Origin: Candidatus Sumerlaeia bacterium
GTDB taxonomy: Bacteria; Sumerlaeota; Sumerlaeia; SLMS01; JANRJK01
DNA: 10,042 nt
Direction: 5' to 3'
Assembly (NCBI GenBank): GCA_033764015.1
Contig: JANRJK010000042.1
Span: 1 to 10,042 of the forward strand
Shown here: one piece after another, positions 1-8,200 of the stretch
How positions within the stretch are numbered: position 1 is the first letter of the stretch
How the letters are laid out: each line of letters begins with the position of its first letter
The notes under the pieces: generated by a model
Told to the model about the DNA's origin: nothing
Databases searched by the model: none
Seen by the model: only the letters and a program-made list of their open reading frames with translations
Program-made: the position numbers and the translations under genes

Positions 1-2038
1 CCTGACCGTCGGCGCCGGAGAGCGAGTACAGCGGATCGAGCAGCAGCGGCGAGCCGCCGGTCGACGGGTTCAGGCCGCAGCCGTTCGTGGTCGCGAGGTC
101 GTACTCGACGACGAGGTCGGAACGCTCGTGCCGGTTCGACGTGGACTGCCCGCCGGCGCCGAAGCGGATGTTGTCGTTCCCGTTGTCGCCGTCGGTGCCG
201 TTCGCGAACTGCAGGCGGAACTGCACGTTGCCGGATAGCGGCACGAGCGTCGGGTCGATCGAGACCCACAGCGCGTCGCCAACGGCCGCATCGACGAGCG
301 CGGAGTTCGGGATCGTGGCGACCGGCGAGGCGTCGCTCGGCGCGGCCTGGAAGTCGGACGCCTGCCAGCCCGCCGTCGTGCCGTAGAACGGATCCGCGTA
401 GTAGATCTCGAGGTCGCCAAGGCCCGAGACGTCGCCCGTTTTGCCGTCGACGGTCAGGCGGAGCTGCGCGGTGCGCGCTTCCGCGCCGGGGATCGCGGTG
501 GCGAAGCCGAGCAGGCCGCGCTCGGCGCGATTGTTGACATTGTCACCGACCTGCGTACGGCGCCCGGCGATCAGCACCGTGGCACCAACGCCCGGCGTTG
601 CGCCCTCGTACAGGATCGCGTCCTGCGAGAACTGCGAATCGATGAAGATCGAGCCGCCGTCGTCGTTGGCGGAAGGAGGCATCCCGTCGGTGATGAACGC
701 AATCTGGCCGCGGGACGTGCTGAAGCTGATAGTGGAGGGCACGCTGAACGTGTTCGTTCCGTCGGTGATGTTGCCCTCTGATCCGCAAAACGACGAATCG
801 CCCACAATAAAGCTGTCGGGTGTGTTCGCGCCGAACGTGATGCTGATCGGTCCGCCGCCGAGGGGGCCGGAGGTGTCGATGCTGCTGAAGCCGTCCGGCG
901 CACCCAGCAGGCGGACATTCGACTCGCTCTCGATAACTACCTCGCCGCCTCTGCCACCTGAAAAACTCTTGGTAAAGATCGATAGCGCGGACACATCCCC
1001 CGGAGGGTCGAGGGTCACATTCCCCCCGTTGCCGATGCTGCCGCTGCTGTCGATGGTTCCTGCCTTGATACCGAACAGGCTCGTCACGCTGATCTCGCCG
1101 CCTGTGTCGCCACTTGTGCCGAGGCCGCCGGTGCTGACCGGGCCATCCGAGATGAGCGTAATGTTGCCGGCCACAGAGCCGAGTGACGAAGCGTCGATGT
1201 CCCAAGTGAAGATTCCGGAAAGCGACTCAATTCGGATATCTCCGCCAGGCGTGCCGTTGCCGCCGGTGGAGATGCCGCGCAGTCTGGCCTCTCCATTGGG
1301 GGCGGAAACCTTCAGGTCACCGCCGGACAATGTGAAGAGCGATCCCGTCGCAATCGCATCGCCCGTCGCGGCTGTCAGGTCGAGGCCGAACGCCGTCAGG
1401 GCTCCCGTGGATAGCGACGCGCCATTCAGCACCAAATCACCATCCACAAAGGAAGCTTGAAGATTGGTCACTTCGATGGGGCATTGCGGATTTGTGGCGG
1501 GGCCGACGAAGAGCGGGCCGCCGAAGGTGGCGAAGGCGTTGAATTCGGACTGGGTCAGGCTGAGGTCTCCCGTGTTCCCGTCGCCGAGGCCGATGGAGTT
1601 GGTCGCCACGGAAGGCTGAATCCGGATGCTCGTGCCCGAAGCGATCGCCCCGTTCCCGGGGGAGGACACGTCGATGTCGCCGGCGGAAACCGTGATGGGG
1701 CCGGCGATGCTCACTTCGGAGCCAGCCCCGGCGATGAAGGTGGAGGATGCGCGGAACTCGAGCGAGTTGCCGCTGCTGCTTTGGATGAGGGCGCCGGGGG
1801 CGATGGTGATCGTGCCTGCGGCGCCCCCCGCGGAGGACGTGGTGATGACGAGCGAACCGCTGTTCTGCAGGAAAATCGAGATATCGGCCGCCCCGATAGT
1901 GCTGGCAGTCAGCGGCGATGCGCCGATTGGCGCGACGCTGCCGGGGACGATGGTAATGTTGGTGTCGGCCGCGACCTGCTGGGCGAGGAGCGCCGCGAAT
2001 GCGGCGGCGACCGCGAGGGGCGCGCGAGTGGAGGTCAT
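1..2038 (-). CDS. Secreted multi-domain protein, 3'-truncated by the window edge: signal peptide, Gly-rich FHA-like beta-helix, then DNRLRE-like domain
   Basis: Translated by hand; absent from the ORF track because it has no stop in the window. Open frame from ATG 2038 to position 1 (679 codons): MTSTRAPLAVAAAFAALLAQQVAA|DTNITIVPGS... (Sec-type signal, VAA cleavage). Repeats such as GGDLKVSA, GGDIRIES, AGNITLIS, GGEISVTS, GNGGNVTLDPPGDV, GGEVVIES, GGPISIT; then VGDNVNNRAERGLLGF...AQLRLT...WQASDFQAA...VQFRLQFANGTDGDNGNDNIRF...DLVVEY. AGGA lies 7 nt upstream of the ATG. The + strand ORFs 87..386, 441..1460 and 1626..2105 are its antisense shadows. Confidence 0.88.
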   Translation of the reverse strand, partial: MTSTRAPLAVAAAFAALLAQQVAADTNITIVPGSVAPIGASPLTASTIGAADISIFLQNSGSLVITTSSAGGAAGTITIAPGALIQSSSGNSLEFRASSTFIAGAGSEVSIAGPITVSAGDIDVSSPGNGAIASGTSIRIQPSVATNSIGLGDGNTGDLSLTQSEFNAFATFGGPLFVGPATNPQCPIEVTNLQASFVDGDLVLNGASLSTGALTAFGLDLTAATGDAIATGSLFTLSGGDLKVSAPNGEARLRGISTGGNGTPGGDIRIESLSGIFTWDIDASSLGSVAGNITLISDGPVSTGGLGTSGDTGGEISVTSLFGIKAGTIDSSGSIGNGGNVTLDPPGDVSALSIFTKSFSGGRGGEVVIESESNVRLLGAPDGFSSIDTSGPLGGGPISITFGANTPDSFIVGDSSFCGSEGNITDGTNTFSVPSTISFSTSRGQIAFITDGMPPSANDDGGSIFIDSQFSQDAILYEGATPGVGATVLIAGRRTQVGDNVNNRAERGLLGFATAIPGAEARTAQLRLTVDGKTGDVSGLGDLEIYYADPFYGTTAGWQASDFQAAPSDASPVATIPNSALVDAAVGDALWVSIDPTLVPLSGNVQFRLQFANGTDGDNGNDNIRFGAGGQSTSNRHERSDLVVEYDLATTNGCGLNPSTGGSPLLLDPLYSLSGADGQ

Positions 2039-2045
2039 TGGCAGG

Positions 2046-2049
2046 TCCT
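2046..2049 (-). promoter_or_regulatory. Shine-Dalgarno site of the secreted-protein gene
   Basis: Minus strand reads ...ctacAGGAcctgccaATG: AGGA with a 7-nt spacer. Confidence 0.6.
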
Positions 2050-2166
2050 GTAGGATTGGAGTTACTGGATGGAATCGCCTGCGGCCGCTTCGGCGTCAAG
2101 GGTAGTCGACCGGCGCGCCTGGCCGCCCGCTGTGGCGCTGCTCGGCGTGGTGGGGGGCGCGAGAGG

Positions 2167-2199
2167 CCCGCCCCCGCCCGGGAGAGGGTCCGGTGAGGG
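2167..2199. repeat. Degenerate BoxC-like extragenic palindromic repeat unit
   Basis: + strand CCCGCCCCCGCCCGGGAGAGGGTCCGGTGAGGG resembles the CCCTCTCCC-n-GGGAGAGGG(TT)nGGGTGAGGG repeat pattern (from recall). Intergenic, about 50 nt downstream of the dinG stop. Left arm is mismatched; single copy in the window. Confidence 0.5.
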
Positions 2200-2247
2200 T
2201 CGCATAGAAGGGCGGAACACGGCGGGACCGTGGTTGATCGCGGGGGT

Positions 2248-4854
2248 CTACGCCCCGAGGAAGCCGCGCATCTTCTCCAACACGTCCGCTGCGGGGCCGC
2301 CGACCGGGGCGGCGCCGGGTAGCGAGCGCAGGAAGCGCCGCCCGTAGCCCATCTTGAGCACGCGGTTGTCCGCGATCAGCACCGCGCCGCGGTCGGTCCG
2401 CGAGCGGATCAGTCGCCCGAAGCCCTGCTTCAGCCGGATGATCGCGCGCGGCACCACGAGGTAGTCGAACGGGTCGATGCCGCGCTTCTGGAGCGCCTCG
2501 TACTGCGCCTCCTGCAGCGGGTCCGTGGGGAGCGCGAAGGGGAGCTTGGCGATGACGAGCAGTTCCAGCGCGCGGCCCTTCACATCGACGCCTTCCCAGA
2601 AGCTGCTGGTGGCGAAGAGGACGGAGGTTTCGTCCTCGCGGAATTGGCGCAGGAGCCGGTCGCGCCCGCCGGTGCCCTGGCGTAGCACCTCGATGCCGAG
2701 GCGGCGGAGCGCCGGCGCCGCGCGGTCGTGCACGCGCTGGAGCTGCCCGTAGCTGGTGAAGAGGAAGAACGCGCGCCCGCCGGTGAGCGCCGACGCGCGC
2801 ACGATCAGGTCCGACAGCTTCGCGTCGAACTCCGCGCTGCGCGGGTCGCCGAGGTCCTCCGGCACGCCGAGGAACACCTGGCGGGCGTAGTCGAAAGGGG
2901 ATTCGAGGCGGAGCGTGCGGGCGCGCTCGGCGACCGGCGGCGGGGGCGGGCCGTCGGCGGGGTCGTCCGAGGGCTCCGGCGCCGGCGCGTCGCGGCGGAT
3001 GCCGATGCGGTCCAGGTAGAAGTCGAAGCCGCCCTCGACCGTCAGCGTGGCGCTGGTGAGCGTTTCCGACTTCATGCGGTCGTGGAGCGCCTCGCGGAGC
3101 GTGTCGGCGACTTCGACCGGCGCGGTGCCGAGGCGGACCGTGAGGCGCTGCTGCGGGTCCTGCGCCAGCTCGATCCAGCGGCAGGCGTCGGCCCCGCCGC
3201 GGAGGAACTCGGCGAGCGTGCGGCGGCGCCCGTCGATGCGGGCGGCCATCGCCTGCCATTCGAGGAGCGGGTTCACGAGCGCCTTGCGCGCGTCCTCGGG
3301 GAGTTCCTTCGCCTGCTCCATGGCGGACTTCATCAGCGAGGCGAAGTCCGCGAGCGTGCCGAGGATCTCGCGCAGGTGCGGCTCGCAGCGCGCGGCCCAC
3401 GCCTCGGCGCGGGCCATCGGGTCCGTGAGGCGGAGGCGGTGCTCGAGGCCCTTGCGGGGGCGTTCGAGGCGCTGCGCGAGGAGGAACTCTTCGGCGAAAT
3501 CGGCGAAGGACTGGTCGCAACGGCCGCGCGCGTCGGGGATGGCGGGGGCGACCTCCATGGTCATGTGGACGATGAAGTCGTCGGCGGCGTTGAGGATGCG
3601 GCGCGCGACGAGCTTCTCGAGCCCGTCGAGGAAGGAAGCGAGCACGCCGCGGCGCGCGCCGCCCTCGAGACGGTAGAGCCGGGCGAAGGCGCGCCGCAGG
3701 CCCGTGCGGTTCACGTCGGCGGCGAGGTAGCCGGTCGCGACCTCTTCGAGGTGGTGCGCCTCGTCGATCACGACGCGCTTGTAGGGGGGGAGCACCGCGG
3801 CGGTGGTGAAGTTGCCCGACTCGGCGCGGACGGCGAGGTCGCTGAGCAGCAGCGAGTGGTTGACGATCAGCACGTCGGCGCGGGCGGCGCGGCGGCGCGA
3901 GCTGTAGTAGAAGCACTGCTCGTAGAAAGGGCAGCGGACGCGCAAGCAATTGTCCGCCTCGCTCTCCACGCGCTCCCACACCTCCGGGCGCGGGGGCACC
4001 GGCAGCTCGCCGCGGTCGCCGGTGGGCGAGGCCTTGGTCCACTCGAGCAGCTCCTTCAACTCCGCGCGGAACTCGTCGTCGAGGAGCGAAGCGGCCTCCT
4101 CGCGCGCGTAGGACGCCTTGCGCTTGCAGACGTAGTTCGAGCGCCCCTTCACCAGTTCCGCGGTGAACTCCTCGCCGAGCGCGGCGCGCACCGCGGGGAG
4201 GTCCTTGTGGAGGAGCTGCTCCTGCAGGTTGATGGTGTTGGTCGAAACGACGATGCGCTCCTTGTTGCGGAGCGCGTAGAGGATCGCGGGGACCAGGTAG
4301 GCGAGGCTCTTGCCGGTGCCGGTGCCGGCCTCGACGACGGCGATGCCGTCGCGGTTGAAGGAGTCGGCGACGGCCGCCGCCATCTGGCGCTGCTGGGGGC
4401 GGTCCTCGAAGTCGCCGAGCGCCTCGGCGAGCGGCGAGCCGGCGGAGAGGCGCGCGAGCACTTCCGCGGGATCGAGCGCGCGCTTCTCGCGCGGGTCCTC
4501 GGGGCGGACAACGACGCGGCAGCGGGCGCACCCGTTGTCGACGATGTAGCTGCCGGCGCCGATGGAGCCGACGCGCGCCGACACGTCGAGGTCCGCGTCG
4601 CTGGGGAGCAGCTCGCCCCCCGGGTGGTTGTGGATGATGACCTCGCCGGGCTGCGCGAGTTGGATCAGCGCGGGCACCTGGTGCGCGCCGCCGTAGGCGT
4701 GCGACTCGACCTCGGCGACAAGCCCCGTGGCGTCGCGGCGCCCGATGAAGAACACCTCGACGCCGCCGGCCTCGGCGATCTCCGCGGCGACCTGCGCGGC
4801 GGCGGCGGCGGTGAAGTAGTGGGCGGAGTCGCCTTCGATCGGTGGACGGAGCAT
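2248..4854 (-). CDS. dinG: DinG/YoaA-family ATP-dependent Fe-S DNA helicase with N-terminal JAB/MPN (RadC-like) domain, about 868 aa
   Basis: Q motif FEDRPQQRQMA; Walker A EAGTGTGKS (4306-4332); STNTINLQEQL; KGRSNYVC plus C-LRVR-C-PFYEQ-C (four Fe-S cysteines); DEAH (3754-3765); SATL; SPFDY; LFTSY; FWEGVDV; KLPF; QGFGRLIRS. N-terminus has GGVEVFF...HNHPGGELLPSDAD. ATG 4854 (GAAGGG upstream) preferred over the track's GTG at 4923. Confidence 0.95.
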   Translation of the reverse strand: MLRPPIEGDSAHYFTAAAAAQVAAEIAEAGGVEVFFIGRRDATGLVAEVESHAYGGAHQVPALIQLAQPGEVIIHNHPGGELLPSDADLDVSARVGSIGAGSYIVDNGCARCRVVVRPEDPREKRALDPAEVLARLSAGSPLAEALGDFEDRPQQRQMAAAVADSFNRDGIAVVEAGTGTGKSLAYLVPAILYALRNKERIVVSTNTINLQEQLLHKDLPAVRAALGEEFTAELVKGRSNYVCKRKASYAREEAASLLDDEFRAELKELLEWTKASPTGDRGELPVPPRPEVWERVESEADNCLRVRCPFYEQCFYYSSRRRAARADVLIVNHSLLLSDLAVRAESGNFTTAAVLPPYKRVVIDEAHHLEEVATGYLAADVNRTGLRRAFARLYRLEGGARRGVLASFLDGLEKLVARRILNAADDFIVHMTMEVAPAIPDARGRCDQSFADFAEEFLLAQRLERPRKGLEHRLRLTDPMARAEAWAARCEPHLREILGTLADFASLMKSAMEQAKELPEDARKALVNPLLEWQAMAARIDGRRRTLAEFLRGGADACRWIELAQDPQQRLTVRLGTAPVEVADTLREALHDRMKSETLTSATLTVEGGFDFYLDRIGIRRDAPAPEPSDDPADGPPPPPVAERARTLRLESPFDYARQVFLGVPEDLGDPRSAEFDAKLSDLIVRASALTGGRAFFLFTSYGQLQRVHDRAAPALRRLGIEVLRQGTGGRDRLLRQFREDETSVLFATSSFWEGVDVKGRALELLVIAKLPFALPTDPLQEAQYEALQKRGIDPFDYLVVPRAIIRLKQGFGRLIRSRTDRGAVLIADNRVLKMGYGRRFLRSLPGAAPVGGPAADVLEKMRGFLGA
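4500..4800 (-). other. JAB/MPN metal-binding domain within the helicase gene
   Basis: Glu (4756-4758) then H-N-H-P-x5-P-S-x2-D (4632-4591), the E...HxH-x7-S-x2-D JAMM signature in its RadC-like HNHPxG...PSxxD form. Boundaries approximate. Confidence 0.85.
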
Positions 4855-4967
4855 GGGCCCTTCGGGCGGCGGAATCCGCAGGGCGCGGACGCCCCCCGGG
4901 AACACGATCAGTACGCGCGGCACAGCACCCCCGCAAGGCGGGAAAAAGGCGAATCGGGGGGCAGGAG

Positions 4968-5157
4968 CTTTGCGGGCGCCACACCCCAGTTCGCGGACGC
5001 TGCGGCGGATGGGTGCGCGGGTGGACTCGCAGCCGGGCCCGGGGAGAGTGGATCGGGGCCTGTCCGATGCTCAGCGGAACAGATCAAGCACCCGATTCCG
5101 CCAGCTTGCCGCAAGCCAGCGTCCGCAAGGCGGTCGAATGGGCTGGGCGCCGGAAGG
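4968..5157. ncRNA. Candidate structured RNA or long imperfect inverted repeat, about 190 nt, family and strand unassigned
   Basis: Nested stems in correct order: GGCGCC 4975-4980 / GGCGCC 5146-5151; GTTCG / CGAAT; GCGGACGCTG 4993-5002 / CAGCGTCCGC 5117-5126; GGCGGA 5004-5009 / TCCGCC 5097-5102; GGGTGC / GCACCC. Side hairpin GCTTGCCGCAAGC 5104-5116. Lies in the non-coding gap between the kinase and dinG. Confidence 0.4.
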
Positions 5158-5216
5158 ATGCCAGTCGATGCCCGCGGCCGTTTCGCTTGTGGCTGCTCTC
5201 GGCGGGGCGCGCACGG

Positions 5217-8200
5217 CTATCGGGGCGCTCGGTCACCCACCTCGTCGCCGAGGCATTCCGGCGCGAGATTCTGGAGTTCGACGAAGGTGTCGAACTCGTT
5301 GGCGACGGCGGGGTCGATCAGGTTGTCCTCCAAGATCTGTCTCAGACGTTCGCAGCTTTCCGCCGGCCGCCCCATCTTATGCAGCAGCAGGCAGCGGGCT
5401 AAAGCGAGGCGGCGCCAAACGTCCACTTCCGCTAGGGTCAGGGCGTCCCGTGCGGCGGCTGCCGCGGCCTCCGCGTCTATCACTGCCGCGAGCACCGACG
5501 AGTCCGGTGCGGCGGATGCGGCGAACTCCCCGATGATCGCCGACATGAGCAGGTAGTCGAGCCTCCGCTTCGCATTGTCAGGCTCGAGTTCGAACAACGA
5601 CCGTATGGCGGACAGGCCGGCCTTGTAGGCGATCGCAGCCTCCCGCGGCCGGCCCGCTGCGGCGTAGGTCATGCCCAAGCTCTGCTGCACCACCCCGAGT
5701 TCCTGGCGGAGCGAGGTGTCGTCCCCATTGCTCGCGATCAACGCGCTCAGTGTCGCAGCGGAAGTCTTGAGGGCCTGCTCCGACTTGTCGAATTCGCCGA
5801 GTGCCCGGAAGGCGCGGCCGACGTCCTTCCGGGCCAGGGCCACATCGCGCTTCCTGCGGACCCCTTCGCCGGATTCCCGTTCGAGGGATTCGGCGATCGC
5901 CAACGCTTCGGAGAACAACTCGAGGGCCTCGCCCGGCTTGCCGTTGTTGTAGAGCAGCCCGCCGATGCGGCTGAGTGAGGTGAGATAATCCGAACGGTAC
6001 TCCGGCGAGTTGCTGAGCTCCGTGAGGCGGCGGCGCTCTTCGAGAGAGCGGCGCAGCGCCTCCAGCGCCTTTTCGGGGTCGCCGGAGGAGTCGTGGGTGT
6101 CTCCGATCGACTGGTAGTAAATCGCAGTCGATCGCCGCCAGTTCACATTGAGGGGGTCTCGTCGCGTGAGTTCTTCCGAGATCGCAACCGCCTGCGTGTA
6201 CTCCTCCAAGGCGCCGGCGTAGTCTCCCTGGTACCAGAGGACATCGCCGACCTTGGCGCTGGAGACCGCGACATTATGGCGGTACATGGAATCTTCGGGA
6301 CTTGCGGCGTTCACCTGCTTGGCGAGCGCCTGCGCATTGCGGTAGTCCACGAGGGCGGCGGCGAGGTCGCCCAGCTGTAGAAGCGCGTCACCGACGTTGT
6401 TCAACGCCGACGAGTAGCCGTACAGATGGTTGACGGCATCCGGGGCGATCCCGATCGCTTCGCCCATGAGGTCCGCTTGGCCCCGGTAGCTCGCCAGCGC
6501 CCCTCGCAGGTCGCCCTGCTGCCATTGCACATGGCCGATCTGCTGGAGCGAACCGGCAAGTTCGACCGCGGCGTCGGCGCTGTCGGGGTGCAGCTCCTTC
6601 ATGCGCGTGCGGATGGCGGTGGACCGCTGGAGCCAAGTCATCGCCTCGTCGAGAGCACCTTGGCGCGCATGGATGCGTCCGATGAGTTCCTGGGTGATGG
6701 CCAGGTTCCTGTCCTCGTCCGGATCCGCAGGCGAACCCGCCGATGCCTTCTGCTGCCGAATGGCTAGCGACTGCTCCAGAATCCGGAGAGCCTCCGCGAG
6801 ATTTCCCTGGCTGGCGAGAATCTCGCCCACTTGCCTGAGTGCCAGCGCGTGGCGCACCTTGGTCCCTTCGGACCTGTCCTCCGCCGCAATGCGGTCGAAG
6901 TACGCGAGCGCGAGGTCGCCGACCTCCGCCAGAACTCCGAGCCCGCTTGCGCGCGACAGCTCCGGCTGCACCTTGACCAGCATCAAGTTCATCAGCTCCT
7001 CCGCATCGCCGCGGGCGGCTTCGGCGCGCGCGATCTGCGCCGTCAGCGCCTCGTTCTTCGCGTCGATTGTCGCTAGCGCGAATCGCAGACGGACCGCCGT
7101 TGCCGCAACGACGAGGAACAGGAGCGCCGATGCGGCGATCCCCACCTTGCGCTGCCGCTCACGCTGGCGGAGGCGGCTCTCCGCGGCGCCGATCCCCCGG
7201 AGCAACTGGCTCCTGTCATCCCCATCGGCAAGGCCGGCAACCTGGGCGCGCGCGAGCGTCAGGTCGCTGTTGCCGAGGGCCAGCCTGGCGAACTGCTTGC
7301 GGATCTCCGCCTCCAGCCTCGGCACCGACGGGTTCTCGGCCCAGAGGCGGCGCGCCTTCTCCAACTGGACCAGAATGGATGAGTAGTCGGAGTACTGCAG
7401 GGGCGCGCGCGACGCGGCGGCGGCGGCTTCGCCGGTAAGGAGTTCGGATTCGCGGCGGCGACCGGTTCCGGCGAGATGGTCGTTGAGGGCGGAGATGAAT
7501 GCCTTGGCGGAGCTGTGGCGATCCTCGGGCTTCGGCCGCATCGCGCGGAGGGTGATCGCCACCAGCTCCTCCGGCATTTCGCGCCCCGGCATCCGCTCCG
7601 ATGGATGCTCCGGCACACCGCGACGCGCCTTCTCGAAGGCGATCTTCGAGTTCGGGGCGTCGTGCGGCGCAGTGCCCGTCAGTAGGTAATACAGCATGCC
7701 ACCCAACAGGTAGACATCGGTCCATGGCCCAATGTTCTCGGCGGAGGGCTCTGTCTGCTCGGGCGCCATGAAGGCGGGTGTGCCCGCGGGATTGGGGGCG
7801 CTCTGCCTTGTGGAAGCGTTGATCGCCCGTTCGCTTCGCGACGCCTCCTGGAAGGCCGCCGGATCGAACAGGATGGCGAGGCCCCAGTCCATGAGGAGGG
7901 CCTCGCCGAATTCGCCGACCATGACTTGCGCCGGCTTGAGGTCCCGGTGGACCACGCCGCGGGAATGGGCGAACGCCACCGCCTGGGAAACGGCGATCAG
8001 GATCGGCAGGTGCTTCGCGAGGAACTCGCGCGGCTGCAGCTTCGGGAAATCGGCGACCATGTCGAGGTGCCACGACTCGCCGCGTACCAGCTTCATCGCC
8101 ATCATGGGACGGCCGCGCGCGTCCCCGGTCAGGTCGTAGATCGGCAGGATGTTCGGGTGGTCAAGCCGCGCCGCCGTCAGGCCTTCGCGGCGGAAGTCCT

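Noticed and set aside
441..1460. 339-aa + strand ORF, and the in-frame ORFs 87..386 and 1626..2105
   Set aside because: Pro/Ser-rich antisense mirror of the Gly-rich minus-strand gene, which has a signal peptide, SD and coherent domains.
2248..4854. DinG as a type IV CRISPR (CasDinG) or defence-system component
   Set aside because: No cas genes, repeat-spacer array or defence partners in the window; the JAB fusion and housekeeping context fit a chromosomal repair helicase.
4943..4980. Possible intrinsic terminator of the kinase gene (minus-strand TTTTT at 4947-4943)
   Set aside because: Only a 4-bp stem with a very large loop precedes the T-run; too weak to call.
2096..4984. 962-aa minus-strand ORF overlapping dinG
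   Set aside because: Arg/Gly/Pro-rich off-frame read of dinG; long stop-free frames are expected at this GC content; no motifs.
4960..4992. Minus-strand CGCAAAGC resembling the c-di-GMP-I riboswitch core upstream of dinG
   Set aside because: Lacks the preceding GGCAAAC/GAAA-loop hairpin, the GACGCAAAGC context and the downstream CUAA element.
5043..5075. GGAGAG...CTCAG resembling a glycine riboswitch
   Set aside because: No CCGAAG element, and no + strand gene downstream to regulate.
4908..5114. 68-aa minus-strand ORF and other small ORFs in the kinase-dinG gap
   Set aside because: No SD, TTG start, no recognisable motif, and codon pattern unlike the real genes.
2728..5556. 942-aa + strand ORF
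   Set aside because: Antisense shadow of dinG with no recognisable domain.
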